In this document: positions 24,820 through 39,416 of the stretch, piece after piece
Layout of the letters: each line of letters begins with the position of its first letter
How positions within the stretch are numbered: the stretch's first letter is position 1
DNA from: Tubiluchus corallicola
Taxonomy: Eukaryota > Animalia > Priapulida
Reading direction: 5' to 3'
Length of the DNA: 64,000 nucleotides
NCBI GenBank assembly: GCA_030141605.1
Contig: JAQGDQ010000605.1
Coordinates: 66,207-130,206, forward strand
The notes under the pieces: model-generated
What the model saw: only the letters and a program-made list of their open reading frames with translations
Database searches by the model: none
What the model was told of the DNA's origin: nothing
Translations under genes and position numbers: made by a program

Positions 24820-25148
24820 TTAAAGGAAGACCGGATGATTGTCTAGACTCAATCTCATTTTAATTTACTGTCCAAAATATACATTTTCTTGCCTATAAAA
24901 GTTAACAATTGTTCCTTATATTTGAATAATTAGCTTAGAAAGTTAAATATGACAAAAATGCGCCACTGCCAATCTTAGTAGATTCACTGAGCCGCGCGTA
25001 GCTTTGAAAGTTTAACAAAATTTGAGTATCCGAGGTAATTGTTATTTAATCTAAGCTTTGATTTAAAAAAAGTTATTGTAGTTTTCAATATTTTAGAACA
25101 TTTTTTATTCTGAACTAGTGTTTACACAATCATCCAGTTTTCTTTTAA
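24820..25148 (-). mobile_element. TTAA-flanked MITE, internally deleted copy
   Basis: TTAA-AGGAAGACCGGATGATT ... AATCATCCAGTTTTCT-TTTAA; both halves match the two ends of 56511-57045 in inverted orientation. Confidence 0.85.
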
Positions 25149-26486
25149 ATTTTGGAAACTTCAGTTGTTAGTTTCAACTTCATAAAAAGCTAAACACAAA
25201 CTTTTAATTTTTTATGCATTATTAATGCAAAAATCTAGTACGTTTTACCGATTTTCAATAGCAAACGCAAATTTTGTCAAGGGTAAAGTTTTTTGTCAAC
25301 ATTTAGCTGTAATTACCCACTCACAAGTTTTCCATAGCCATAGCTAATTAACACCTGCTGCAAACATTCAAAACTGCTTAAAGGCCTAATCATGTTAAAC
25401 CTTGCACTAGTAACCTTAATATATTTGTAGCATTACCCAACAAAATTGGTGATTTATTCCTGTACATTACTGTTATCATAATAAAAAAACATGGGCTATA
25501 GCTACTGGAATGGAAACAGACTGCAAAGTTATAAAACGTTTATTCCACAAAATTATGATACAAGGTAATATTAAAATTATGTACAAAATGCACGGTTATT
25601 TAATTATTACTGTATACAAACTCGTGTTTAGCAAATGTTGCCAAAATTTGTAAAACTTACAGCATGTGATGGTAACACTTTGTCTACCGTCAGCAATTTC
25701 ATTTTGCAATACTCTAAATGACATTCCTGGGTAGAACAGGTTTCGAATCTGTATGTAACAAGTAGGCCTCAGATTTTAGCAACTGCCTGTACAGTTGTTT
25801 CAATTGCTTCATTGAGTTTCACTATAGTACATGCTGACGCAGTGCATGCTGACAAAGCACATGCTGACACAGTACGTAGTCAATATAACCTAGCATTAAG
25901 TTACCATTAACTTATTATTTATAATTCGTATATGTTTATCTTTTGCTGCATTTCATGAACAGCCGTTAGCTATTATGTAATTTAGTCAAAATCATCTGTA
26001 CAATTAGTCAATTACTATATACATTCCATAATCATGATTGTATTACAACAGCATATTTATGTGTGAAATACGTAGTCAGTAAATGTGTACTTGTATTTTA
26101 TTATCATCATGCAATCTTAGAATGCTGAATACAGTAACTGAAATATAATTAGTGCTCGATTCTGCATACATGTGTTGTTACATATATTTAGAATAAGCAG
26201 GTACTATTTACTTTATCAGTCTACTATCCAAAAGTAGAAGTATTAAATATAGAAAATAAGAACAAGATTATGTCTGTACAGTGTTTTTGTATTAATTCTC
26301 ACTGCTGTTATTTAATAGTGTCAGCATGTTCAACGATTTAGAAAATATTACAGAAATTGAACAATTTAATATGTAATTATCAAAGAATTGTCATCACTTA
26401 TAGATGTATAAATGCATCTGACAGTCACATTATATTATAGTTACTTTGCCTTTTACATAGCCTACGTCGATGCAAGTGCATGTCTC

Positions 26487-27619
26487 TTAAAGAGTTACTA
26501 TTCTATGCGTGCCATCATTTTGTTTTGAATTCAGGTTTTCGATTGGTTGTACGATTCTTGGTTCTAGCACTACATCAACTTTTTCATAATTGCGTGTGCC
26601 ACCTTGCCTTTTCAAAGCCGTGTTTTCATCTTGGTCATCTCTCATTGTCACATTCCCTGATTGTAATTTCCCAGAATTCTCATTGTTTCTAGTCATGCCA
26701 GTGTAACCATTGTTCACTTTGTCAGAGTTCTCATTGTTTCTAGTCATGCCAGTGTAACCATTGTTCACTTTGCCAGAGTTCTCATTGTTTCTAGTCATGC
26801 CAGTGTAACCATTGTTCACTTTGCCAGAGTTCTCATTGTTTCTAGTCATGCCAGTGTAACCATTGTTCACTTTGCCAGAGTTCTCATTGTTTCTAGCCAT
26901 GCCAGTGTAACCATTGTTCACGTATCTGTATGGAACTTGATATTTCGTCGCTGATAGTTCAGCAGCTATTTTTTGGCTTTCGCTTCGTCGAATAGCCCGT
27001 GCTTTTTTCGTAGCAGTTGATGTTGTTTCCTGTGTTTGTTCATTGTCTTTGTTTAAGGAGTTTGAGGTCCTAACCTGGTACCACATTCTTCCGGAAATGT
27101 GCTTAGCGAGAGTGGCCGGGTCGAAGATACATCTGGAATGGAGTTCATCGGTGATATCTAGGACAGAATTGAATAGGTTCTTCAGCGATGATTTCTGCTG
27201 AGTTTTGTCGATCGTTGCACTTGGTTTTCGGTTTTGTATGCTAGCATCGGATGCGTGCTTTGGTAAATTTTTTGCCGGTAACTTGTTATTTCGTGAGAAC
27301 AGTTTCGCAAAAGTGTTGGCTTTTTTACGGTTATTGTATGCAGTTGGCTGATGCGTATATCCTTGGAAGCTGTGTCGCCTGTGTATTGCCCGTTGAACTG
27401 GTGGAACAGTTGAGTAATCTTGGAGGTTTGGTTGACCGATGCCCTGAGTTGACCCTGCAGAGAGTGTCATGGGTCTGAAAGCTGTCAATGGCTGTTTGTT
27501 CACCTGTGCCATCCTGTACGGTAACGGCGGAAAATTCGGTGGAGGCAGGATAATTGGAGACAAGTAATAATGTGGTGTCGGTAAGTCAACAGAAAGGGGG
27601 CGTTTTGTGCCTTCATCTT
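26487..27619 (-). CDS. Large terminal coding exon of an uncharacterised disordered protein with five 17-aa repeats
   Basis: 358-aa ORF, extendable in frame to a strong acceptor ttctgtctttttccag|AA at 27619 (phase 1; (E)DEGTKRPLSVDLPTPHYYLSP...). Contains VNNGYTGMTRNNENSGK x5 (51-bp DNA repeat, ~26668-26920) and basic kinase-type sites (RRHSF, RKPS, RRSES). Confidence 0.75.
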
Positions 27620-28658
27620 CTGGAAAAAGACAGAAATCGAATTTAAATTGTGAAAATGGAAATCATCTTGTGATGATGGATTTATGATATACAAGTGAAG
27701 CTGTTGGCATTTCTCTCTGGACAAATTTAACATCACAGCTTAAAACAAATAAACACAAATAATAAAATGGACGCAATTCAGTCTGCAAAACGGCAATAAA
27801 TACATGGAATGCTTGCCCACTTAATGTAAAATCTACAGTGACTCTAAAAAAATTCAAAAATGAACTGAAAAATACTATAGTAGCCTTCAAAAAATATCTA
27901 ATATGAAAACATCAAACAACACGTATTATCAACGTTGACCCAGTAGTCTGTAGTTAATGGCAGACCAAAACCTGTCATGCATAAACATCACATCCACAAT
28001 TTAAAACCCGCCATACACAAAACACTCAAGTCACTAACACAAAACATCCATAAAGCACCTAATTTGAATTTCAATTTGTAAATATTGTAAAGTTTTAAAA
28101 TCTTAAGTGTATCTTAAGTTTTACTGTAGTTAATTACAATATCACTTGTGTTTTTAATTGTAAATTAATTTTTTAACACTATTGCTAACACTGATTACAC
28201 AATCAATTATTGAATGTAGCTTGCAGTTCATCAATGTGGAATTTTAACAGCAATAAAGAATTTTATTATTGTGTATTATATCATTTCCTAGTGATAAATT
28301 ATGAATAAGTAATAAGAATTGAATGTCTTTTAAATGCAAGAATGTAATGGCTGGTGAAAAAACTTTGCAACAGCTGCCACTATTGTGACTATGGCTGTCA
28401 CATCCAAGAAGACACAATTCCCTAACCAAAGTGGAAGTAATGGTACCCTGTATGATGTGTGTGATTCTCGATTAATCTACACATTTCATTAGCTCCTCGT
28501 GGCAAAAATCATTGCGATGTTAACTCTGTTACAGATTAATATTTCACCTCTTGGTCAAACGAGATTTTTACAACAAAATTTTTTGTACTTTTATAAGCTG
28601 CTATTTTATAGCTCTTGATTGCTGACTTGCCTCTAAGCATTTATCATAAAATATGAAG

Positions 28659-28837
28659 TTGCGCCCTGGAGCTAGCAGTGTCCCTACAGAGGTTAAGATG
28701 CTAACACTCTCCACGACTTGCGCCCTGGAGCTAGCAGTGTCCCTACAGAAGTTAAGATGCTAACACTCTCCACGACTTGCGCCCTGGAGCTAGCAGTGTC
28801 CCTGCAGAGGTTAAGATGATAACACTCTCCACGACTT
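28659..28837. repeat. 59-bp tandem repeat x3
   Basis: Unit ttgcgccctggagctagcagtgtccctacagaggttaagatgctaacactctccacgac. Confidence 0.95.
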
Positions 28838-29316
28838 TATAAGGGAAATTAACATTTTTATATACACTGCACCATTAAACGAGTTTTATGTTCTTTAGTT
28901 TACAATGCTGCAACATGATTACTGATCACCTGCCACCGATTTATTTTTCGCTGTTGATCAACTATCCATTTCTACTAGTTTATTCGTTTTGGATGAAGGA
29001 AATGGTAATTTTTTCGTACTGACTGCACAATAGCTGAGAAGAAATGTTAATTTAATTTGTAATTCGTTTTTTAGTGCAAATAAGATTTATAACTTTCCCC
29101 ATCATTGTCTGCCAATCATTTTGAATTTCCATCTGAACTGGTTTTAATGTGAAGTTTGTGTGCGTAGTGAAATTCTACCATATTCAAAATTGATGGAAAC
29201 TTATTGTAATGGGTATTGCCTAAGGTAACGCATGAAAACAAATTCACACCATATCATTTATCATAAGATAAATAGACAAGATTAAATGAGTTATAACATC
29301 CCAGAATGCAGCGTGA

Positions 29317-29507
29317 GCAGGACAATCACGTGACGTCACCAAGAATTGAACCAACAAGTCTACAGCAGGACAATCACGTGACGTCACCAAGAATTGAACC
29401 AACAAGTCTACAGCAGGACAATCACGTGACGTCACCAAGAATTGAAACAACAAGTCTACAGCAGGACAATCACGTGACGTCACCAAGAATTGAAACAACA
29501 AGTCTAC
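29317..29507. repeat. 48-bp tandem repeat x4, each copy carrying TCACGTGACGTCA
   Basis: Units start at 29317, 29365, 29413 and 29461. Confidence 0.95.
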
Positions 29508-31250
29508 GCAAGCAAATTAAGGCATGTAAAGAGGGAGTTATAGATTCAAAGAGAACACCTTCAAATAATAATTCAAAAGATGACCAGGCAAAATGTCGTT
29601 GTATGACGATTACAAGGTCACTGATACAAGGTTTCTCGTTTCCTTGGTGGAATTCAGCTCGATTTTGGTCACAAATTAAATTTTATTCTGAGACTTCATT
29701 GTATCTACACCTACTTTGCATTACTTAGAAATAATCACGGTATTTCAAAGCAAGGCTGCTTTACCATTCACCCGCAAAACCCCACGTATCTGAATGTTTT
29801 ACCAAAACACACATTATAATAATTATTTCAGCATAATGTCCACATTGAACAAAATTCGTTAAATTGCTAGTAAAAAGCCTTGCCTCGCGAGACTGTATTG
29901 TGCTGCCGTACATGGATCCCCATTACAAATGACAATGACCTAGTTAATTGACCATCAGCTTCGCTTTCGGTTTCGCTATGCTTGCTTATGATTATACTTA
30001 ATTGTTATGTGTGTGAGTTTTAAGAGCGTTAAGGAGAATTAGACAACACGAGTGAATGCATATTACAGGGCGTCATTACCTCATTAACAACGTTAGAAGT
30101 TAAAAATGCAACGAATGACCGACGTTTTCTGCATCCTGTATCCCTCATGCCTCCTGTGCGAAAAATGATAGACAAGACACACGAGTTTCAAACAAAAACT
30201 AAGAAAATTGGGTCGTGTTTAACATTTTCATGTCGAATCCATTACTAGACTTGTATCCCTGTATTATTTTAACACCTTCACACGCACTTGTCTTTTGTAA
30301 GAACTTTGACAGAGAAATGTAGGTCTGACATCATTCGTAAATTCATAGCTTCACTTGTAATAGTTGGATAATATGCGGTATTAGCGGGAAATGGGACAAA
30401 ATGAGTTATTTTAGAAACCATTATTATAAGAATTAATATTGGGTTCACGGAGTTTTATTGGTATATTATACTTGTGCTATAAGAGAGCATTGGGGGTACA
30501 TTGGTGCCTCACAAGACATGCGCGTAAAACCTGCCAAAATCAACGCTTTTTTGTTTTGGGTCTCCAGTCAACAAGCATTTGTTTCGTGTGGATTGTAGAC
30601 GATACAAATGCTCATGTGAAAAACAATCCGCGAGCAATTATAAACAAAATATTAGAGCAGGTGCTCAGCGTGGTCAATTTTGTTTACAATTTCCCATGCT
30701 TACATGATCTTGTATCATGTGTAATAAATGAATTCCACATTCAAGTTACATTATCTTGTTCCATATCTGACAGATATAAGGCTTTGCGTGACTGCCCAGT
30801 TTTTGGTACTGCTTAACAGTGGTGAAAAAGCCTGGATAAAACACGCTAAACGAGGAGTATAACATTTTCCTCTGATGTTTAACTGAGTTTATGCGGGTTT
30901 ATAGCAATCCCATTGTAAAGCATAGAAAGTAACCCTCTCTCATTAATCACTAAAGCAAGTGTTTTCTTTAGTAACTGATGACTTTGTTTGGTGGAAAAAT
31001 TTTCTGAACAATACATAGCAGAAAAAATTAATCATTTTTATTTAATTAGACACTGAATCTTATTAATGATTTCTTTTATTTTTTAAACTACCATTGATAG
31101 TGGAAAACAGTCACACATGCTGTATAACAAATCAGAAAAACGAATACATGTATTTAACTGCCAATGCCGCTAAGTGGTTTCCATCTAACGAAATCTGTAA
31201 TCTCAGTAAGTGTGTTGCAACATTACATAATGTGTATTGCAGTTTATTGC

Positions 31251-31632
31251 GAAGTATACTGCAGTAAGTACACCCTGTAGTAAGTATAAACTTGTGAAGT
31301 ATACTGCAGTAAGTGCACACTATAGTAAGTATGTACTTGTGAAGTATAATGCAGTAAGTGCACACTACAGTAAGTATAAACTTGTGAAGTATACTGCAGT
31401 AAGTGCACACTATAGTAAGTATATACTTGTGAAGTATACTGAAGTAAGTACACCTTATAGTAAGTATAAACTTGTGAAGTATACTGCAGTAAGTGCACAC
31501 TACAGTAAGTATAAACTTGTGAAGTATACTGCAGTAAGTGCACACTATAGTAAGTATATACTTGTGAAGTATACTGAAGTAAGTACACCTTATAGTAAGT
31601 ATAAACTTGTGAAGTATACTGCAGTAAGTGCA
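31251..31632. repeat. 45-bp minisatellite, ~8.5 copies
   Basis: Unit gtaagtataaacttgtgaagtatactgcagtaagtgcacactata. Confidence 0.95.
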
Positions 31633-34317
31633 GGCTGACTGCACCTTTGCAGGTTAAAGGTCTAGTTTAATTTAAGGCTAGTGAAAGCTAATTAGCAGTA
31701 ATTACGTTGAACTTGCTAGATCAGCATTGTCTTCAAAGAGGTCTAATTGTTCAACAGGTAATCATGAATGGCTTTTCTGCTTGCACAGGTAAATTTCCCT
31801 CTCATCATCTTCGAGTGCAGTCACCCCATCCACCAAATGGAAACAATGGGCCCTTGTTATGTTTATGCATGCAAGCGACTAAACTTAGGTTTATGTTGTA
31901 ATTGGGCGTAATTGCGTTTTCTTTACACACGTTCATTTCAAACGTTATACTTTTCCCTGCTTATAATAACTGTAATATTTAAAAAATATGCTGTGATTAT
32001 TTTGATAGAATCAATGGCCTACATTTCGTGTTGTCGCTTACGTTTTGGAAAGAATATTAGTATTTCCAGGTCACGAGCTGGAGGTGTTTTTATAAGAAGT
32101 CAAAAATGTTTTCAAATATGTCTGAGCATTGTAATGATTCGACTTCTTGTTTGACATGGCTTGTGCCGATGGTGTAAAATTTGATATTAAGTTGAGGTTT
32201 TACAAAAGAATTCGTTCCACTTAGTTTTGCTAAGACGAATCATAGTTTGCTAGAGCTTTTATAATGAAGTGCGAAGGTAAAAAAAGAATTGAATTTAAAT
32301 TTTTATTATGGCGTTCCCCTCACCAGTCTGTATCAGTTAAGCACATTGAATGGAAACTCAAATTTTGCCATTTTCACAAAGTCGTATGCAGGTTTGCAAC
32401 AGAAGTTTTGACACAAAAGGACAGAGCAATTAATGTCACGATCTTTGCCACTTATCGACACCTGTCTGTTTAATGTCCTACTATCTCTGGTCATCTTATT
32501 TCACCTTTCGACGTTTGCCAGGTGCATGGTACCTGTATTGAAGTCATAGTATAGTTGAGCACACATCAGTTTCGCTAAAATCGATGAACAAAAATATCTT
32601 TGCTGTAGCACTAGTAAAAATTACAACACGCACTACTAGTAGAGTTACCACCGTGTAAAAATAAAATCAAAGGCCAGATACCATCTCCTTCAACACCCGA
32701 TAAGACTTAATTGGCACTGAAAACTCAAAATTGTAATGAAAAACCTAGCAAACAGTAAATCCATCATCATCTAATTTATTAACCAAAAGTATTGTTCTTA
32801 TTAAATAAATAGTTTTATGAATTTAATCCACTACCTATGTCTAAGCCTATGTTTCCGTTACTTCATATATTGAAAATATTTCACAAAGAGATGTATCTCT
32901 GCCGTATTAAAAGCATTATTGTGCTATATAGGTCAGATTTCCTACTGACTTAAACCTTGATGAACATCACCGAAAGATTCCTGCGCTTGGCTTACCAGCA
33001 TGAACTGAACTCTCAACGGAAATTGAGCAAAAAAACCCCTAGTTCTCGCAACTTTATAACCAATAAGTTTTGGCATTTTTTTACTTATTTGACATAAGTA
33101 TTAGTTTTAATATACTTTTTTTACGTTTTACAACCTTGTCGTTATACCGCTAGGTATCAGGCTGACAGCTTTCAATTTTGCTTGGGCAATTGTTGAAGGG
33201 AAACCTATCATTATAAGCTTATTAACCATTCCGGAACTTAAACGTGAAAACTTGTCAAATCACTTTATTTAAATCTGCATCATCTATGTAACTTAGTTTG
33301 CAAACAGAACAGGCAGCCCTGCAATTTGCTTTGCAGATAAGCTCTTGGTTTATTAATGTTTTCAATAAGCACGTCATTGTTTACAAGCTATTGTGCTCTG
33401 TAGCATGACGCAGTAATTCCAGGCTTAGCCAACCGATTTCCTGGTTTATAAGTACATGTAATTACCACTGGGAAAGAACCAATCCCCGGCCACTTCAACT
33501 AACCGCATTGCAACAAGTGCAATTTGTGATCCAATGACGTGATGATGCTAGGCGCAGTTCAGTAGAATGTGCCCACAAGGTTTGCTGTCGAAATGTTATA
33601 CATTTTAACACAAAATTCTTAATTAAAGTGAATTAAGGTTAATTAAAAAATAATGGAAGGGCCAAGAGGCAAGTTTTAACGCTAGGTGGTGCAGTTACAT
33701 ATAAGTATTACATATAACTCGATAAATGACAGCCAACTGAGAATTTCAAACCACAGAATTCCCACACACATCCAGCAGAACTGCCCAAAGGGCAGTTTTA
33801 AGGTTTTCCGCATTAAGCGCTAATTTAACACCCATACAAGATTTAATGTTAAAATGGGAACGTACCTACCGTCATTAACACTAATATTCGACCTCTACTG
33901 TTCTCTAGTCACAAAAGTTTTCGAATTTTACTTCAAAATGATCCTGACGTTTTATGCATTATAGAAACGAGGAGTTTTGAGCTCCTAAAATATTTCTGAT
34001 GTTATTACATGTATTCAGTTATACTAATGTACTTATTAAGAAATGACAGAAATCACATAAGACTGGAACAGCCAGAAAACAAGTGTCTTAACAAATCACT
34101 CCACTCTATTGGTACTATTATTTTTTAGATGATTTTAATTCATTAATTTTGATCTCTCGTCCTCTCCGTAAAGGTAAAAAGTTCTAGGTTTCTATATGGT
34201 AAAGTTAAAAGACGTTTGGCCTATGGGAAGTAAAGCTTCAGCCCTCTGTAGGCCTATACGTGGTGAAGCTAAGTTGTTCCATGCCTCTAAGCAGTAAAGC
34301 TGAAAAACTCTAGCTCT

Positions 34318-35337
34318 GTTTGGTAAAACTGAAAAGCTTGAGGCCTCTATGTGGTAAAACTGAAAAGCTTGAGGCCTCTGTGTGGTAAAACTGAAAAGCT
34401 TGAAGCCTCTATGTGGTAAAACTGAAAAGCTTGAAGCATCTATGTGGTAAAATTGAAAAGCTTGTGGCCTCTATGTAGTAAAACTGAAAAGCGTGTGGCC
34501 TCTATGTGGTAAAACTGAAAAGCTTGAAGCATCTATGTGGTGAAACTGAAAAGCTTGTGGCCTCTATGTAGTAAAACTGAAAAGCGTGTGGCCTCTATGT
34601 GGTAAAACTGAAAAGCTTGAAGCATCTATGTGGTGAAACTGAAAAGCTTGAGGCCTCTATGGGTAAAACTGAAAAGCTTGAGGCGTCTGTGTGGTAAAAC
34701 TGAAAAGCTTGAGGCCTCTGTGTGGTAAAACTGAAAAGCTTGAAGCCTCTGTGTGGTAAAACTGAAAAGCTTGAGGCCTCTGTGTGGTAAAACTGAAAAG
34801 CTTGAGGCCTCTGTGTGGTAAAACTGAAAAGCTTGAGGCCTCTGTGTGGTAAAACTGAAAAGCTTGAAGCATCTATGTGGTAAAACTGAAAAGCTTGAGG
34901 CCTCTGTGTGGTAAAACTGAAAAGCTTGAAGCATCTATGTGGTAAAACTGAAAAGCTTGAAGCATCTATGTGGTAAAACTGAAAAGCTTGAAGCATCTGT
35001 GTGGTAAAACTGAAAAGCTTGAGGCCTCTGTGTGGTAAAACTGAAAAGCTTGGGGCTTCTGTGTGGTAAAACTGAAAAGCTTGGGGCCTCTATGTGGTAA
35101 AACTGAAAGGCTTGAAGCATCTATGTGGTAAAACTGAAAAGCTTGAGGCCTCTATGTGGTAAAACTGAAAAGCGTGAGGCGTCTATGTGGTAAAACTGAA
35201 AAGCTTGAGGCCTCTGTGTGGTAAAACTGAAAAGTTTGAGGCCTCTGTGTGGTAAAACTGAAAAGCTTGAGGCCTCTGTGTGGTAAAACTGAAAAGCTTG
35301 GGGCCTCTATGTGGTAAAACTGAAAAGCTTGGGGCCC
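34318..35337. repeat. 31-bp minisatellite, ~33 copies (decayed copies extend left to ~34170)
   Basis: Unit tgtggtaaaactgaaaagcttgaggcctctg/a. Confidence 0.97.
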
Positions 35338-36536
35338 TTTGGCCACATTGCTAAGCTAAGAATTTACGGCGCACCTTATAGTAACATCATCATCGAAAAT
35401 GTAGTAACTATAGGCCATTATGTTGACTTATCTGTTAACTGATAGTTTTTGCAAATCCCAATTTTTAAGCATCCCAGTTATTTTGATAATTACGATCATG
35501 TTAAACGAACGCTACATTTTCTGAGACTGTACAACAGATTAAAACGTACTCGCTGTGTGGTACCATGTAAGTCCCCAATATACAATGACTAGTATCGTAA
35601 CAGTAATTAATTTAAGGATTAATCCTTCGCTGAATTACATTGTCTGCCTCCGAAAAGTCTGGATTCATGTCCCGGCGAGGAAACTTAAAATGTTATCCAA
35701 GTTTTTCGATTCATTTCGTTTATACGTGCTTACAAATTCGCTTTAGACATATTTGCACTTGCATTATCTCACAAAAATTTTAATTTTTTTAACCTGTCCA
35801 AATGTAAAAATGCGAAAATAGCTCAAAACGACAGCAATTTTACTAACAGCTGTTGAACTAAGAAGTCAGCTCGTGCCTGCCTTGTTACGCGGTCACGTTA
35901 TTAAACTAATCTTGATGTCCTTACAATAGGCCTCGCCCGCGCCTCGAGTCAAAATGATAAGAAATCAATGTGATGACGTATAGTAAAACAAACCATTTAA
36001 TCCTTCTGTAACAAAACTGAAACTGAAACACAGAGTAGCGGGATTTAAAATTTTATCGAATATTTTGACCTTTTTAAAATCATGAAATGTTTTGAATTAA
36101 CCTTGTTTTAAACAGGTATCAGGTATGCTTAACATTGGTGTCTCGTCCCTGCATTGTTGATAGATAATTCGACTTAATGTGTCGGAAATTGTTTTGAAAT
36201 ATTAACTTAGAGCTGCGTTTTATCGGGAAAATTATTAGACATGTATTACATTAATGTGCGAACACGTTTATGCCTTTAGCAAAACATTAACTTTCCAGTG
36301 TGTTTCTCATGCACAAAACTGATCTAGATTGCAAGGCACTGGCCTGCAGCGTTTGCACACTGCTTAGGGTATGCAAATAAAGGTGCAAGTTATGTAGGCC
36401 CATTAGTCGGTTTTCGCGAAATTCGCTTCACTCTGGTCTATCATTTTTCAATTTTGCTATTCGTTTGACCTTTGACGAAGGTTCAATGTAATAATGGTAC
36501 AAACAAACAGCTAACTAAATTTTCATACGAAACTTG

Positions 36537-37056
36537 AAAGACAGGAAATGTAAAAAAGTTGAAATGCAGTCTGGATTTGAACCAGAAGCGTTTCGCCCAC
36601 AAGCAGTACTTAGACCACTGGACCGTCTATCAACAGTGTACAAGGCAATCCAAAGTTTATCTATTACAAAAGGCTAAGCAAATTCAACATTTCCAATAGT
36701 ACAATCTATCCACAAACGTATTGCGATTTGCAGTCTGTTTTTTAGATGTTTTCATTGCTCAATTCTATTTTTACACTTCTGAAAATAATTCCTAGCTTGA
36801 ACGAAACACGGAAATTCCTGTGCAAGTGCAAGAAGGGACTTTCCCATTTTTGTCGATCGACAAAATCGGATGTTTATCGGACAGCGTAAACGTAACGTCC
36901 GACCTCCGATACTGGCCCCGCTGCTGTCGATAATATCCGACTGTGTCGACCGGCAAAATCGGATCGCGTAGATCGGGTTGAAGACGTTTGTCTTGTAAAC
37001 CAGATCCCTGGTTCAAATCTAGACTGTATGTCAACTTTCTCACATTTCTAGTCTTT
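36537..37056. mobile_element. Repeat element bounded by two inverted tRNA-like arms
   Basis: 36537-36585 and 37008-37056 are imperfect reverse complements containing a B box (ggttcaaatc); the right arm has gtcttgtaaaccag (tRNA-Thr(UGU)-like anticodon arm). Confidence 0.65.
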
Positions 37057-37837
37057 GGTAATTAATTGTGGGTTTATACTATCATTAACAGTTATGACAT
37101 TTAGATTAGAATAATCAGTCGCTCCTACAACTTTGAATGCAGCAGTTTCTGCATGTTTCTGTATGACCACAACCTTCTGGGATCTACTCTGCAAAAATTG
37201 TGCGGTTGAGAGGTTTTTTCACAACTATCTCCTCTCGTTCTCATTCTTAGCAATCTCGGGTTTTCTGGTTTTCTCTAGTGTGAACGTATGCAACAAACGG
37301 AACGACAATTGAAAAAGTTTGCACATGCACTTGGTACTGCGTTCGATCACTTTCCGTTTTTCAATTTCTGAAATTTTGACTTTTCGCGAGGCTCCATCCG
37401 AATTTCATTTTTCAACTTCCCAGTGCAAACACGGGAGCAGTTTGATATAAATCTCGGTAAACATTGATCACGGATGAACAATACATAACATTTATTGTGG
37501 TGTAAATGGTTGATGATATTATAGAAGATTATCTACCACATACAGTTCCATGACCCACATCGGCAACTTTTAGTTTCTTCGCAAACAAACCGATTTTTGT
37601 TATAGCATTTCAACAGTTCTATTATACTGTGGAGCAGTAAAATACCATTGTGTATCTTCCTGTTCACGAAAGCCAATCTATTCGACATTGACAAGTCTCA
37701 CTTTTAACTAATTAACACCATTTTTATTATATTTTGAGTTAAAATTAGAAGAGCGATTTAGAGCAAATCCACTTACTTATTGTGTAATTCACTATAGCCG
37801 CTTTTTCATTACCAGCCTGGTAAATGACACGAGACTA

Positions 37838-37839
<2 letters not shown>

Positions 37840-37925
<86 letters not shown>

Positions 37926-37932
37926 CTTTCTC
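37840..37932. repeat. (CT)n microsatellite
   Basis: ~40 CT units. Confidence 0.98.
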
Positions 37933-39416
37933 TTTGTTTTCACACACACAGTGCCGATCTTAGGGTTATGTGCACCACGCGGTCTCACAAGGCCTACGAG
38001 CATTTACTGGAAATTCACTGTTGAAACTTTAATATTTTTTTTAATTTCCACTGACACTTGGATGATTCGTGCACTTTATATTTGCATGTCAGCTTCGTTG
38101 TTCTTTTTTTTCAATCATTTATAAACAACTATAGACAGGTTTTAATGAAAAAACGTTTGTTACTGATGCACCAGCAATTGTGGTATATAGCTGCTCATGT
38201 TTATTTTACGTTTTTATATTTGTCAAATGTTTTTTTCTATTTTTGCATATTTGCACTACTTTACTTTATGTATTTTATTTTTATGGAACGTTCTAATTAA
38301 ATTGTAACATCTTATTCCTAATTAAAAATATCAAGGCCTCTCATAGGACGTCGTTTTGGTGTTTGATAATAATAAAATAAAATAAAATGGTTGTTGTCAT
38401 TCGGTTACAGATGATCTTCTATAATTTAACGTTGTTAAGCAGTGAAAGCATTTTGATTTGTGTCACGGAGTGGGAGGAGGGAGGGGGCGCACTGTTTCAC
38501 GAGTAGGAGGAGAGGGGGCGCAATGTCTTTTTATACAGGTCCCAAAATTACCAAATCCTGCAGTGGGCATGATGATAACATAATTGATACTATGGTTTAT
38601 TATTATTATTTTTACTTTGCTTTAACGAATTAGGGATCTTTTTTCCTTTAATACGCACAGCTTGAACTAATTTATTGTAATTCTTATTTACTTATTTAAT
38701 TATTGATTTATTTGTTTGTTTATTCATTGTATCGCATACGAGTAGGACTAAATGGTATAAATAATAAATAAACAAAACAACTTGAATCCAGTTTGGAATC
38801 ATCACCTGTTGATGAGCTTTTGATACGCTCCGACACGTGGAGTTAAAAATCTGCCTACAAGCTTGAAAAAGAAACATATTTAAAATATTACGTATTAGAT
38901 CACCTGATAATGGATACAGCACGTGCATGGAACCACCGAAGTTGTTCTTTGTACGAAGATCTTGAAAGCTTCTGTGCCGTGTTACGGCCCTGGTTCGAGC
39001 CCCTGAAATTGATATAATTATTAGCTTTCAGCCACGGTGTTACAGGTAAATACAGGTAAATTTTGTCATTTGCACTCATGTTTTCAATTGCCTCAATATG
39101 ATTTGCCTTCATTTGCCAAATAACATTAAATAAGCAATTAACAATTACGAAAAGACGGTGGCGCCTCTTGTGACAGATGCATGTTTTGAGGGATTCGTTT
39201 CATTTCTAATAAATAGTTGTGCAAAAGCGTATCAAATCGAAATCTTTGATACCAGCTCTGAAAGGATATAACATAATTACATAAGCAATAGTGGAAAGAT
39301 TGCTGATATATGGGTCTCATTGCTGCAATCTTTTGAATTCTCTCCAAAAACAGAAAACGGAAAAGACGGAAATTTACTGAGTATATTTATAAAAAAATAT
39401 TTGTAAGATACCTTAC

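Noticed and set aside
28320-29035. Extra minus-strand exons (28447-28330, 29033-28930) of the RSISW gene
   Set aside because: The 29033 candidate has stops in all three frames and the 28447 candidate has no compatible phase or donor that I could support.
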